Source of the DNA: Takakia lepidozioides
Lineage: Eukaryota; Plantae; Bryophyta
Assembly: GCA_030704615.1 (NCBI GenBank)
Contig: CM060731.1
Location: 13,082,001-13,146,000, forward strand
Direction: 5' to 3'
DNA length: 64,000 nucleotides
The notes below the pieces were generated by a model. That model was not told where the DNA came from. It was given only the letters and a program-made list of their open reading frames with translations, and did no database searches. This document shows, piece by piece, positions 1 to 14,555 of this stretch. How positions within the stretch are numbered: position 1 is the first letter of the stretch; each line of letters opens with the position of its first letter. The position numbers and the translations under genes were made by a program.

Positions 1-860
1 GGACTGAACTTGACCGCTGGTGTGGGGATCGCGCTCCAGCCTAGCCTGCTTTCTTTGGGGCCCCATTTAGAATGCAGAGCAGAGTGCATCAATCGGTGGA
101 GTTTACAGGACTTTTTGGGGCCGGACTTGTTCCTTCTCCAGTGCGATTCTGAGGTATGGTTTGGCGGACCTGGGGTATGTTTCTTTTTGTCCAGTGCCAC
201 ATGACCTGGCCCTTTGGCTGCTCTACGCTGATTTGGCTCTTTCGAGGCTGCAGTGAACGCCATGTAGAGACTCTCCGAGGCAGTGTTGCAAGTAGTACTT
301 GGGAAGGCGGTACTAGCTAATGATTGGCGCCCTGCATTGGAGCTGTATGGCACCCTACTGGAGTCAAGTGATTCAAAACTGCATGGGAGGGGTTTGTTGC
401 AGGCACTGACTGCTCTTCCGTTTCTGTCATCTGAAGTATTCACAAACGGAGAAGATAATGGATTAACTTCTTTGAACATCAAGTTGTCCTGCAAGTTGTG
501 GTAAGTCGAATACAGATGGTCACCAACTCTTGACCTGCATGATGTGCTGGAGATTGTGTTTCTCAGGGCTTCCTTGCAGCTCATTTTCCCCTGAGTACTA
601 GTGCCGGTCTTATCTGCATCAACCTCGCAGCTGAAGGACTCTCGGGCTAGCTTTCTCAGAATCAGTGTATTGTCAGATTCGATGTTGCAGTGGAGCTCCT
701 CCATAGCTTCATTTCGCCTTCTGTACACTGCTGATCCACATGAACCCTGATCTTGTGAGTGCACTGCAGGGGCTCGCGTGCACCCAACGGCGGCGGTGCC
801 AGTCTTCATGCTGCATGGTCTGATTACTGTAAACTTCCAGGATGATGATCGCTTCCTCAT
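1..860 (-). CDS. Unidentified Ser/Thr-rich ORF, 5' part of a gene running off the left edge
   Basis: Hand translation from ATG 860 (MRKRSSSWKFTVIRP...) gives 286 stop-free codons to the window edge; an in-frame TAA lies upstream at ~933-935. It is missing from the ORF track because it has no stop. A (GA)n microsatellite lies just upstream. No recognisable domain. Confidence 0.5.
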   Translation of the reverse strand, partial: MRKRSSSWKFTVIRPCSMKTGTAAVGCTRAPAVHSQDQGSCGSAVYRRRNEAMEELHCNIESDNTLILRKLARESFSCEVDADKTGTSTQGKMSCKEALRNTISSTSCRSRVGDHLYSTYHNLQDNLMFKEVNPLSSPFVNTSDDRNGRAVSACNKPLPCSFESLDSSRVPYSSNAGRQSLASTAFPSTTCNTASESLYMAFTAASKEPNQRRAAKGPGHVALDKKKHTPGPPNHTSESHWRRNKSGPKKSCKLHRLMHSALHSKWGPKESRLGWSAIPTPAVKFS

Positions 861-1037
861 CTCGGTAGGCTTTCCCAGAAGTGGTCTGCTAGACTGAATC
901 CTACTCGAGATCCTACAGCTGGGAAGTACAACTTAGTCTGCAAGAAGCTGCATAGCCATGGGCCTGAGTGTTGCTTAGCGTAATCGGGAGAAATCCATTT
1001 CTACATTGGAAACGTTATCTAGACACAAAACACCACA

Positions 1038-1043
<6 letters not shown>

Positions 1044-1091
<48 letters not shown>
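1044..1091. repeat. (TC)24 microsatellite
   Basis: Perfect dinucleotide run, upstream of the minus-strand ORF. Confidence 0.95.
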
Positions 1092-1093
<2 letters not shown>

Positions 1094-2089
1094 GCTCGAG
1101 CTTCCTCTGTCGTTGTCCAGCACTGTTCTACGAGTCTAACATATTCCGAGATCAGTTCTTCCAAGTCTGATCTCTTGAGATCAGCACTTGAGTTTAGTCA
1201 TGGGTACGATTCTACAGCTCGAAGATGATGAACAACACGGAAACCCGGCGAGGGACACGGAAGACTAGTGACACGGAGCACGAGACTAGAGCCGCAGCAT
1301 CGGCTGCGATTGTGGTTGAACCCGTGAGACCCTCCCAGGCCTGCTCCTACCCGTTCACTCGTCCTGCACTCCTCCCATTAAAGCTGCTGGTGTGTACTGT
1401 GATGGATGATGCAAAGTAGATGCGGGGCCTTTCTGTTCCTGCTTCTAGTGCCTCTATCGCTCATATTGTCCTGCTGGTAGTTAGTTAGTATCCATGATGG
1501 AAGCATGCTTTCTTCACCAACCCACAAGATCTCCCTCCACCTAAGGACCTGTGACCTTGTACAAAACTATCCTCTGGATGAGACTTGTACATCTGAGAGG
1601 TCCAACATACCTGCATTTGAAGCGATTCATGGAAATGGACGATAATCTGCAGGACGATGGGCGTCCTGAGACAAGTCCAGAAAAGCACATCCCACCTAAA
1701 ACTCATCATGCTTTTGGTCGTTGTAAAACCAAACTGAGCTACTGACTGTTGGTGCTTTTTCACAAGGCCTTCAAGAAATGATTGTGCCTTTGGGAATGTT
1801 CATTAGGCACTAAGACATCCTATTCCTTTTTTAATACGTGTAATGAGAATGGTCCAATAAAAAAGATCGAAAATTTTTATTCTCCCACTGCTTCCCTCCA
1901 AGGAAAAGAAACAAAAATGAAAACAAATACGTTTAATTGCAAAGATTCCCACATGGCAAAATCACGTTTTTATCCACATGCTTTACTCCACTTTTTTTTC
2001 TTTTTTTTTTCCACATTCTCAAAGGGGATTGAACTGTTTTATCCGAAGCAACGTTTTTTTTTTTTTTTTTTTTTTTCTCAACGTTTTAA

Positions 2090-2775
2090 TCATGGTAAAA
2101 TCTTGTTTTATTCCACATGTTATATATGAGACTCTTAGAGGTAGAACCATTGTTTTTCCACATGTTGTATACTACACTTTTAGAGGGAATTAAGATTATG
2201 TTTTCTTAGTCTAGAGTGCTAGTGGTCTATGTGGTTGAGCACATACATTTATAATCATGTGTACCAATTTCCAAAATCTATGCAGGTTTGACTTTCTTAA
2301 TTTCCAAAAGACAAATGAAGGGCCAATGTTCCAAGCGAAACCCAATTTGTTATTTTCATGAATTTACAATGACAAAAATTACTTGAAATTTAATATCTCT
2401 CAAAGTGTAGCTCCAAAATTATGAAACCACCTCGATGCATCTCCTCATCGAGAGCTTTCTAGCGATATAAAGAACCCATGTGGAGGCCTTGCGGTTTAGG
2501 AGATCTCAACATGACAAACAAAACAAAATAAAACAAACTACCTTGCTTGACATATTGATGGTCGAACCATTGGGTTTTCCACATGGTATATACTAGATGT
2601 TTAGAGGCCATGAATTATAAAATGTTATTTCCCCACACAATTGTTTTTAGTCTAATGGTAGAACCATGGTTTTCTAAACATGTTGTATACTAGATTTTTA
2701 GAGAAAATTTAAGATGTTTTTTCCCCATACAATGCTTTTCAGTCTAGTGACATGGTACAACCATGGTTTTGACAC
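2090..2775. repeat. AT-rich degenerate repeat cluster (motif ~GGTAGAACCAT..GTTTT.CCACATGTTGTATACTA)
   Basis: The motif recurs at ~2093, 2140, 2560, 2657 and 2753; probably a remnant of a non-autonomous element. Confidence 0.5.
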
Positions 2776-4573
2776 ATATATATAATATAATATATTTATT
2801 ATATTTATTATTGATTTTGACACATATTGCAAAAATCTCCTCTCCACGATGTCTTCCATGTCATTTCTTTCTCCATGATGTTTGGCTACTAGCAAGTTGT
2901 GCCGATTATGGTGAAATGTTAGTGTGCCAAGTAGTCTAGTGGGAACTGTCTTCTACTTTGTAAATTATAAGTTAGGCTACAAAGTTGTAGTATGTATGTT
3001 TCCCGTGCAAGAGTATTCAACATTCTTTTCGTATCCGTGAAATGTGGTAGCGAGCTTAGTTAATGGATTTATTTTTTCATCTCTTCCACCATGCAGATGC
3101 ATCCCATCCCACAACAAGCTATTCGGAATACTAGAGTTTCATTACGTGGCATTGCTGGCAAACCTTGTGATAACCTTGCCAAACAGAATGAGTAGTCAAA
3201 AGGGAAGTGCTTTCTATCTTGTAATTTGTTAGTTGCGCTTCAGACTCATAGGATTCCCACAAGAAAACTTAACATCCTTTTTGTTGCAATGAAATGTGAC
3301 AGAAAATCTGTTTAGTTAATGGATTAACTTTTCGTCTCTTCCACCATGTAGATGTTTGAAAATTTTGCAAGTGGGATGGAAAACAAAATGCTCAAACTAG
3401 GAAGAAATTGAGCTTTAGTAACTGCAAGTGTCATTAAAATATTCGTCCTTTTTGGAAATGTTCACAAAAGTATCATGTTTCTTGCAAATACTTTTCTGTT
3501 TTTCTAGGATGAAATAGTTTTAGCAGAATATATTATATAATATAATATAGATCGACTCTTTGTGGATAATACAAATATAAAATTCTAAATAAAATTTGCA
3601 TGAAGTGATAATTATTTTGGCTTGTTATCATGGCCTTCTGTAAACTGAGTTACACTTAGATTCATACCACCTAGAGTTGCTACTCATCAAAATGATGTCA
3701 AACTTGTTTCAAAACACAGAAAGATATTAGTTGCATTGGCATCTAATGCAACATTCACGCCGAGGAGTTTATGCACTTGAAGATGTAAAGATAAATAGGC
3801 TATCCCTCAATTCAAAGAAGACCATTACAAAACATGTCATGGCAGTGAAGAATATGCACCATATACTTGAGTAGATCTCCTCATTTGCTTCACAATTACC
3901 TATGGCTTTTCAAAGACAAAGCTAAAGGGGAAGCCCCTCCCACAATGGAGATTGAAGGAGTTCAATTAATGAAGGAGTTCGATTGAAGGAGTTAGACACG
4001 GTGGTGACATGGGTACTAGGGCATAGCTGTGTTAATTGTCTTTGAGATCTTTGAATTCGTTCTTGAGGTCTTTGAATTCGTCTTTGAGACCACGAACATT
4101 GTCTTTCACATCACCAAGGGAGATCTGCAAGGAGTATGTTCGAAGTAAATTCGCCATGTTGTAGCCGCACGTATTGTCACGAGATCAGCAAGGTCAGGGA
4201 GATCCTACTGAGGTCCATGGGGTAGTGGCTGGTTGGATAGTGACGAAGTTTCATATGGAGTTGGTCCAGCTTGGCATCGAAGAAATGTTTGACATAGCAA
4301 CTGACGTGACTACTCATCTGACATTAGGGATTAAAGAACAGAAGAGAGTTGAATGGTCGTCTCGGCACGCAGACTTTTAGCTCCCCTTGACCGGGAAACA
4401 CTCGATGAAGATTTCATTGTAAACCGCCCCAAAATTTAACGCAATCGCAACAATAAAGTAGTAGAGGTCAATACTTTGATTTTTTTTGTGTTTGAGGATT
4501 ATATTTCTTTGGTGCGGAGGAGCCTGTTTACACGTTCTGCATCCATCCATCCATTTCCTTTGTCTGGCATTAA

Positions 4574-4673
4574 ATAGCCTTTGATCACTTTATTCGCAGC
4601 CTCCCAAAAATCTTTCTCAGTCACAGTCTTCCTGCAATCCCGAATTGCATATGTCTGCTTCTGTGCATATACT
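4574..4673 (-). pseudogene. RPT1: Fragment of 26S proteasome AAA-ATPase RPT1 (subunit 7) C-terminus
   Basis: Translates SICTEAD/(frameshift)[26 protein letters not shown], matching the conserved RPT1 tail [33 protein letters not shown]. It is isolated and frameshifted. Confidence 0.75.
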
Positions 4674-7569
4674 CTGTAAGTCAGCACCTTCAAGAATAGT
4701 CTAGAAATTGTAAATTTAGTATAGATCAGTCGTAGGTTCCCGCAAGAATAAATAACATTCTTTTCGTGGCAGTGAAATGTCAATGAAAAATCTTTTCATT
4801 TCTTCTATCATACAACCTATCTGAGAATTAAAACCTAAATGTAAGACTTTTTATTGTTCCTAGAAAACTCTGTTTCCAGGCAAGACTGGTTGACAGATGA
4901 CAATGTCCATCGCAACACTTTGCTTAGTACAAAAAAAAAACCTTGAGTCATGTCCATGACAACCGTTTGGCAAGGGCCTAATAGAAACTGGTACGGATCG
5001 AGATTTTTCAGCTTCCATGGCAAAGATATCTCGAAAGGAGAAAGAAGATCGATAAGATTTATGACTCTCGGATGTGCCATCGTTGAGATTGTTGTCAAAT
5101 TGTGGAGTGCCGCTAATTTTCACGTGATTTCTACATAGGGGAGAGCCCGGAGTGGAGGGCGTTGCATTGCGCAATATGTTCCTTTGGTTGTTCCTTTGGT
5201 CGCTCAAACTCTGTGGATGTGATGGGAAACACCCAAATACGTGATGTACAGTTAGGTTGGTTTAAAAGTAAACTCCAAAGAATTTAACATATGCATTATT
5301 CATGTGGGCAGTGTAGTTGGGTTGCAGCCAAAAATCCTACATTTATTGTACATCTCTATTTTATGTAAGTAGCTCATGAGATCTAATTCATTGGGAAACT
5401 TCATAACAACAAACCTGATTTTTGTTACCACAAATTTTCATTTCTGTTGTTGTGTTCGGATGTGCTTTGAAGATGATTATTTTATTTATATGGGAGATGG
5501 TGTCCTACACACGTGGTCACCCCCTCTTTTGCATCTATCTTCAGTTACAATAATAAATTGCAGTTGAGCCATGTAAGTATAACATGTTTGGACTATCACA
5601 ACCCGATCACTAAATCTTTGAAATCTTTAATTTTGTGAGAATTTGCTACTTGAGAAAACTATTCTTGCAAATTTCTCAGATGTAGCGTTACTGAGCGTTG
5701 AATCTTGATGCATCGAAGTGAAAGGGTGAGGAACACTCTTTTTACTATTTTGGGAAATTCGGCACATGTATATGATGTGTCCATTGTAGTCAATTCTATT
5801 TTCCCCTCTTGGCAAAACTTGAAAAACTTCAACTTCAATTTTCTCCTTCAAAAATATCAAAAATAGAGTGTCAGAAACATCAGTATCTTTTTCTTTTCAT
5901 TTAGGTGTCAGAGAAAATCTCATGGGGAAAAATTCTCTCACCTAATAGCATTTTTCATACACTAAAAAAATGACATCGTTTCTTGTTGCCACAGACAGAG
6001 TTGTGTAGCGGAAGAAAGCCCATTACATGTGAGATTGTTTGTTTGTCCTAAGTATTTAGAATGTGGGGATCTGTTTGATTTACGCCTCACAAGTGCAACC
6101 ATGTTTAAAAATGATAGTGATTAAACAAGTTTCCATGAAGAATGATTATGGCATCATAATTCTTTTCCATGACTTCTAGGAGCTAGAAGGAAAAAAAGTT
6201 AAAGTCGATTGCAAATGTAAGTCGGTTGATCCTATTAAGATTACATAATCAATTTAAAGTGACATGCAATGGATAGGGGGTGTATTTGAAAAGAGGCCCA
6301 AACCCTAAATGTATTTGTGTATAACACATATCATAGTTGGATAATTTATTATTTTTGAATGTGAACAAAATATCCCCCAATTTTTGAAGTACCTAATTTA
6401 GCAAAGTTTTTTGTTTGAGTTCTTGAGGGAGAAACTCATTCCGGTCTTATTAATCTCTTCAATTGATGGTTTAAAAATATAATATATTGATGATAGGCTC
6501 TTTCTTGGCTGATCATCTCTATGCCTGCGTTTTATTTTTAATTAAGTACATAGAAATATGCAGGGCATTGGGACCACAAATTGTTAAATTGGTCTTGATC
6601 TCTAAATTAGAAACCATTAGAAAAGAGTGGTGCTGGATGGGTACTAAACTCCGTATGGGTGGCTATAACATTGGTCATACTATGATATTACATAAAAATA
6701 TATATATATATATATATTGGCGTGCACCATATTTTCCCAAAAACAAATTATATGAAAATAACAGAAAAAAAATGTGTTCTATTTAGCGCTACAATGATAA
6801 AGCAAAGTAAAAGGTACTGATTTTTTTTTAATCCTATCCTCTAAGATCCTTGATCCACTTTGAAGCAAACAAGACGTGTAAGAATGATACTCCGTAGAGT
6901 CTCCTACCATGTGGTTAAACCCGACCAAAAGATGACATCAAGGTTGGGTTTTGAAGCTGAGTTGGCCCCTCAACCCCCCAAATCATATTTGGGGTGCCTC
7001 CATGACAAGTGGGGAGCAAGGAGATTGGGTATGATGATTTACTTTTGCCTAGTATAGGGAGTTGATTTTTGGGATGATTTATTGAGCAAGTCTCTTTCTT
7101 CAAGCATTTTCTTCTTTGTTCTCCCTCTTTGATTAAAGCGTCCTGTAAGCATATAACTAACAATGTGGCGCTCGGCTTTCGTGGCTTTTCTATCTTAGCT
7201 TTTATACTAGCTTTAGTTATAAAAGCCACATGAAGACAGAAAAGGCCGAGTCATGAAAGCTAGCATGTGTTGTCGTGTATATACTTGTCTAAAAATTGAG
7301 GGAAAAAAACCCTAAATAGCTAGACAAATGTCAGATCATACATATCGTCTATGTATACAGGAGCACATTTCCACGTAGGGTACCAAGGACAACGTCCATT
7401 AACCTTTGAAACCAATTACAGAGGCCAAAGGGTATAGTTTCATACTGAAACGATGCCATACTTACAGGTGAAGGTTGTTTTCTCCTTAGATTCCTCTGTC
7501 GAAGGAACTTGACAAATTCCCAAGGCTAAATCCACGAACGATAAAAGTGAATGTGATTAAGCATGTAGA

Positions 7570-8600
7570 GATGTGCACGGAAGATCTCCCGTGCTAAAAT
7601 TACCACATGATTTGTGAATGTTGATCTTAGTGGTGATTGTAGATTAGCTTTTGGGATCTCCTTTGACAATCAGAAGGTGACCTTCAAGTGTCTCGGTTGA
7701 CGATTTCAATCTTTCAAATTCCTAACATCTATGTCTCCACCATGACTCCGGCATTTTAGTTTAGTTTAGTTTAATTTTGGTTGATGGTATTTTCCTTTAC
7801 ACATCGAGCACGGGAGATCTCCCGTGCTACATTGACTTGATTATTTCCGAGTGACCTCATGATTATTGTTCATGCATCTTTGTGCTGATTGAAGAATATA
7901 TAAGTAAGGATTCCCAAATTTTCATTTTCTGAGGATGATAAGGAATAGTTGGGTCCGAAAATTGTATTATTTTCTTGGCGGAATGTCGGTTTTCTATACC
8001 GATTTCAATGGTGGCCCCTCATGAATATTGATGTTCTAAATTGTATTTTATCGATGGTTCCAGTGATTTGTGATGTAACACGGGCCGTCTCTTGTCTCGA
8101 TGTCTGTTCGACATTTACTTAACTGGATTTTTATTTGGTCGTCGGAAGGTGACACATATCTTTATTTTAATTTCTGAAAAAAGAGTTCAAATGAATGTTT
8201 CTAGTGACTTCATCGTTTTACTTTCTTTTTGTTTTGATGGTTCCATGAATTTCGTATGCAGCACGGGAGACCCCTTCTATACTAGATGAGTTCTGATTGT
8301 AGAACAGATTCTTGTAATTGCAAATTCTATTTGATGTCCTCAAGGTGACAGATTCTTCTTGTCCTTTAGTTTCAATAATACAAAAATATTATGTGAATTT
8401 TTCTACCAATAATTTCAAGGCAAGACCCATTGTGGTTTTTAAGCTTTTACTTTGTTTATTATATGAAATTTACATGCATTTGACATCTTTTCATGGGAGA
8501 TCTCCTCTCGTATTCTCCCTAAACCATCATGTAGTAATCGAAGGATACCTTACGCATAAGTTGCAAGAAACTATCAAGTGCACAAGAGATCTCCCCTCCG
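7570..8600. repeat. Repeat family with recurring palindromic motif GCACGGGAGATCTCCCGTGC (probable TE non-coding region)
   Basis: Perfect 22-bp palindrome at 7807-7828; degenerate copies at ~7573, 8080, 8260, 8492 and 8581; related copies at ~47765 and ~47865. Confidence 0.55.
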
Positions 8601-8788
8601 TCAATGTACTCACCAGTGATCTCCTCAAATGCAAGAGGAACATGTCTTGCTATTGTCCTGTATTTTGAAAAGAACAATGCTAGTTTTCCAAACAATCCTT
8701 GAAAATCCAAAATTTTAAGCTTTGATTTATTGGCTCTCTTCTAGAGAGAGACTTTGCGACACATGCAAGTCAATGGAGAAAATATGGT

Positions 8789-8883
8789 CAAAGGACCTTA
8801 CACCTTGTCAAGGCGCTGATTGGTGTGTTATGCTGAGTCATGCTCCCTTAGTCTTACCTTCCTCTTATGTTGTGCCCAAGCAA
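8789..8883 (+). repeat. Dispersed repeat, direct copy at ~24216-24313
   Basis: CAAAGGACCTTA.ACC.TGTCAAGGC...GAGTCAT...TTATGTT.TGCC.AAGCAA is shared by both sites. Confidence 0.6.
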
Positions 8884-9199
8884 AAACAATAGAGCCAATT
8901 GTTGTTTGAGGCTTGTTGTTAATACTGAATATAATATTATTTCCGAAAGGCCCTGGGTCTTCTTCTGGAACTTAGGTTGCCCACCAAATCCTGATTGTGA
9001 ACCGTTATTTAATTAATTTGATTAAAAGGGCCCCTATACCCTTTCCTTTAAAAAAATTAAAACAAAATCCATATTTATTAATTATTTAGTATTATTTATC
9101 AAATGTCCAGATTTGATCCTTTTGTGTCCATATTTACTTAAAACTGAGTTATGTGCTCAAAGTAAAAATTAAATAAAACCACCCCACAAATACTATATT

Positions 9200-9415
9200 A
9201 TTGAAATCTCAATTGTCCAGTGTCCACCTTTCAAACGGACAGCAATATTGAAATGACGCCATAAATCATGCTTGCTTGGAGAAGAGTCTTGTTTCTGATT
9301 GAAATCTCAGGGTGTCCAATGTCCACCTTCCAAACCCAAGGCAGTAGTCCTTTGGGTGAATCGGCACCATAAGTTATGCTTGCTTGGAGAAGAGTCTTCC
9401 TTCCTCTTGAAATCT
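9200..9415 (+). repeat. ~100-bp imperfect tandem duplication containing a copy of a short dispersed repeat family
   Basis: Two units TTGAAATCTC...GTCCACCTT...CATAA.T.ATGCTTGCTTGGAGAAGAGTCTT; the core is similar to ~20480-20540 and, inverted, to ~23990-24030. Confidence 0.6.
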
Positions 9416-10512
9416 CTATACAAGCAAAGCTATATTTTGAAATTAATTGAGGTAATTTTACATTGTAGTAATGGCTTGGGCCAACAGCTTTAGTACTAAC
9501 AAAACCCAGTAAAATATAGACTAATATATAGTCAAGAGTGTTGGTAGATGAGTAATAAGAATCGAATGTTATTTCCTGTTCTACCTTTCGCTCACATCGT
9601 TCAAGAAAGCACCCAAATGCTACATGCGGCTCATGGCCATCATAACCATCCATACTGCCAGATTTTTATTTTTATTTTTATTCCAGAAAAATAGGACACC
9701 TACGAAAACTAATATGTAGCTGTGCGGCCGAAATGATAGTGGGAATAAAGGGGACCGTAATGTCGGAGTGCCTGTTGGTCGGCCCTTGGGCGGATGGATG
9801 ACCGTATTTGAGTGCATGTCAGAACGGCCTGCTCTGTCCTGTTGGATGATTGTTGGCCTCTACTTGGTCTCTTTGGATGAATTCTAGGCCCCGTCGTAGA
9901 TATTTGTCTTGAAGAGATGAATGTCTGCGTCCTCAATTTGGATGAACGCTTCTCCGATTTTCTCTAAAGCTAATTACAAAGAATAAGAAGAAATGCGCCA
10001 AACTATTTTTTGTCAGCGCAGTCCCAAGGTCCACCGTCCGTCGTCGGATGGAACGACGGACAAACTATCGTCGTCGGAGTCCGTTCCCGGAGGGACGGCG
10101 ACCTTTGGAATGACGGACGAGGGTGGACGGAGGGAGAGGAGGAGATCGAGGGTTATGGGGAAGAGAGAGGGGAGGGAGGGAGGCAGGGAAGGAGGAGTGT
10201 TGCCAGGCAGGCGGATGGCTTTGTCGCGATGCAGGAGCGCATATTTGCTCTTAATGGCATCATTATGTCACCCCGCTGCATATTCGTAGCGTCTTTGCTT
10301 GAGGATCCATTGCTGCTAGATCATCGCTATCGTTGGAGCGCTGCCAGGTCGCTCGGGAGTCAGGCTTGCGTGTGTGGGACAAGAAGGGGAGTAGTAGTGA
10401 AGAGGTGTTTCGCTGTGTGTTTGCTTGCTGTGAATAGGGACGTTCTGCTTAAATTTGGCAGGGTGCTGTTGTGCAGCTCGCGGGGGCTCGGCCTCGGATC
10501 CTTGAGAAGTGA

Positions 10513-12678
<2,166 letters not shown>

Positions 12679-14555
12679 ATCAGTTTTGTTTACTTTTAGG
12701 AACAGTCAGAAGGTCTTGAGGGGCTCTTTATTTTTCAGTCATCTAGTAGGAAAAAGCAGAGCAAGGTGATTATTTGCAAGCTGGCCTCTGAGTTGCCCGA
12801 TCACTAGCCATAGAGGTTCAAGAGAATATCTGAAGGCTTGAAACTTTCAGAAGAAAATAGTGGTGGCAGTGCTACATGTGTACAGGATGGGCTGCTTGTA
12901 TGTAGGTTTCATTTTTCTGGTAAAGGGAGAGCAGTTCTAGCACTACTATTCATCGAAATGAGGCAAAAGAAAGGGTTGTGGGGAGGTGTAGGGGTCATAG
13001 GACAACTAGTATGAGAGGTCACATTTCTTTTCTTAAAAAGGGAATATCTCTCCATTGTGGGGCGAGCACACATTGTGTTTGGAAGGGAAGGCTCATTCAT
13101 CCACCATAAAATACGCCTCTACAGTATGTCAGCCATTTCATTTTGTGTTATATGTGGACCTGCCGTTTTGGAGGTATGTGTCCATGGGGTTGCCAATCTT
13201 CATCGCTGGTAGCACAATCCTGCTGAATATGTCTTTGTCATAGAACACTGGATCATCACAGTAAGTCACCTCTTCATCGATTCATTTGGGATCCTGCTGT
13301 TCTGCAGTTTGCAAGGGCCACAGTATGATGTCAACAGTATCAATGGAACCCTGCATTTAGTTTGGAACAGGTGGAGATGGTAGCCAGTTTGAGTGTCATG
13401 GTGCTTTGGGGCTGCAGTGAGTAATGGGGGCTAGATGATCATCTCTGTTTTTCTCTCCCTCCCCTCTAGTGTCATACTGCTTTGGACTTTCTATGGACAA
13501 TATAAGATTTCCCTACCCATTCCACTGGACAAAGACAGATTTGGCAATACACCGGAGTACATGGAAGAGGCCAACTCTGCACACTATGCTGTGGATTATC
13601 TATTAGTGAAGACTAGCAATGCTCCACCTTCCAAATGGAAAGGAGTTGCCCCTGGGGATGAAGTAACACCATAATGGACTCTTGCTTGGGCAAGAGTCTT
13701 GAGCAATGAGGGTCATGCTTGGTAACCCTAAAAGGTGGGAGCAAGTTTGCAAGACTCAAAAATGCATGACTTGGAGCAAAACTACCACTCCTTACCTTTC
13801 CACCAAACCATTCCTCCGGGAGACTGGTACTTAGATGAATGTTTCATAATCTAAGGGTTCATGCAGGATCAAAACTTTGGGAGGATTCCAAGGAAGCAAG
13901 CCAGGAGTCTACCAGCTTAGGCAAGCTTCAAAGCACAAGGCTGGGGACCAAAAGAAGGCAGAAACGCAAGGGGAAAGAGTTCCTGTACTGGCCTGACTGT
14001 TCAAAAGAGCGCAGTCAGGATGGAGAGTAAGGAAGGGCAATGCAGGATTGAGAGCCCGTATGTTAGGGAATGGTTGTTTTAGGTGCACGATGTGTCAATA
14101 CGATGAGGGCGTTCTGCATTTCAATTTGCAAGCGTTTCTGGTCCTTCCAGACAGATGTGATTATCATTTATGACATTGGAGACCATGCTGTGAAGAATTC
14201 AACATGATTCCTTTCTCGTCGGAGTTTCATGGGCTGCCAAAAACCTACCTGGAGTGTCCGGTACGATTAAATCACTGTTTCCTGTCCGTTTCTTTGTTGA
14301 CCCTATTTGAGCAGTAGTGTGTGCATCATTGAGAGGAAATTCTCGATAAGAATTTAGTGTTAAAAAGGTCTGTCTTTGTGAACCACTTGCTTCAAGGTGT
14401 CTGCGGAATTCAGCATGGACCTTCTACATATGCAGTGCAGGAAATGCGTAATAGAAAAGGGTGTTTAATCGTTATGCAGGGAGGCGGGGTTTCAACTCTG
14501 GAATCAGAGGCATTGGCTGAGTCGGGACCAGAGTGGCGGAAGGGGTGTCTGTACT

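Noticed and set aside
7570-8600. CRISPR-like array
   Set aside because: The context is eukaryotic, spacing is irregular and long, repeats are degenerate and there are no cas genes.
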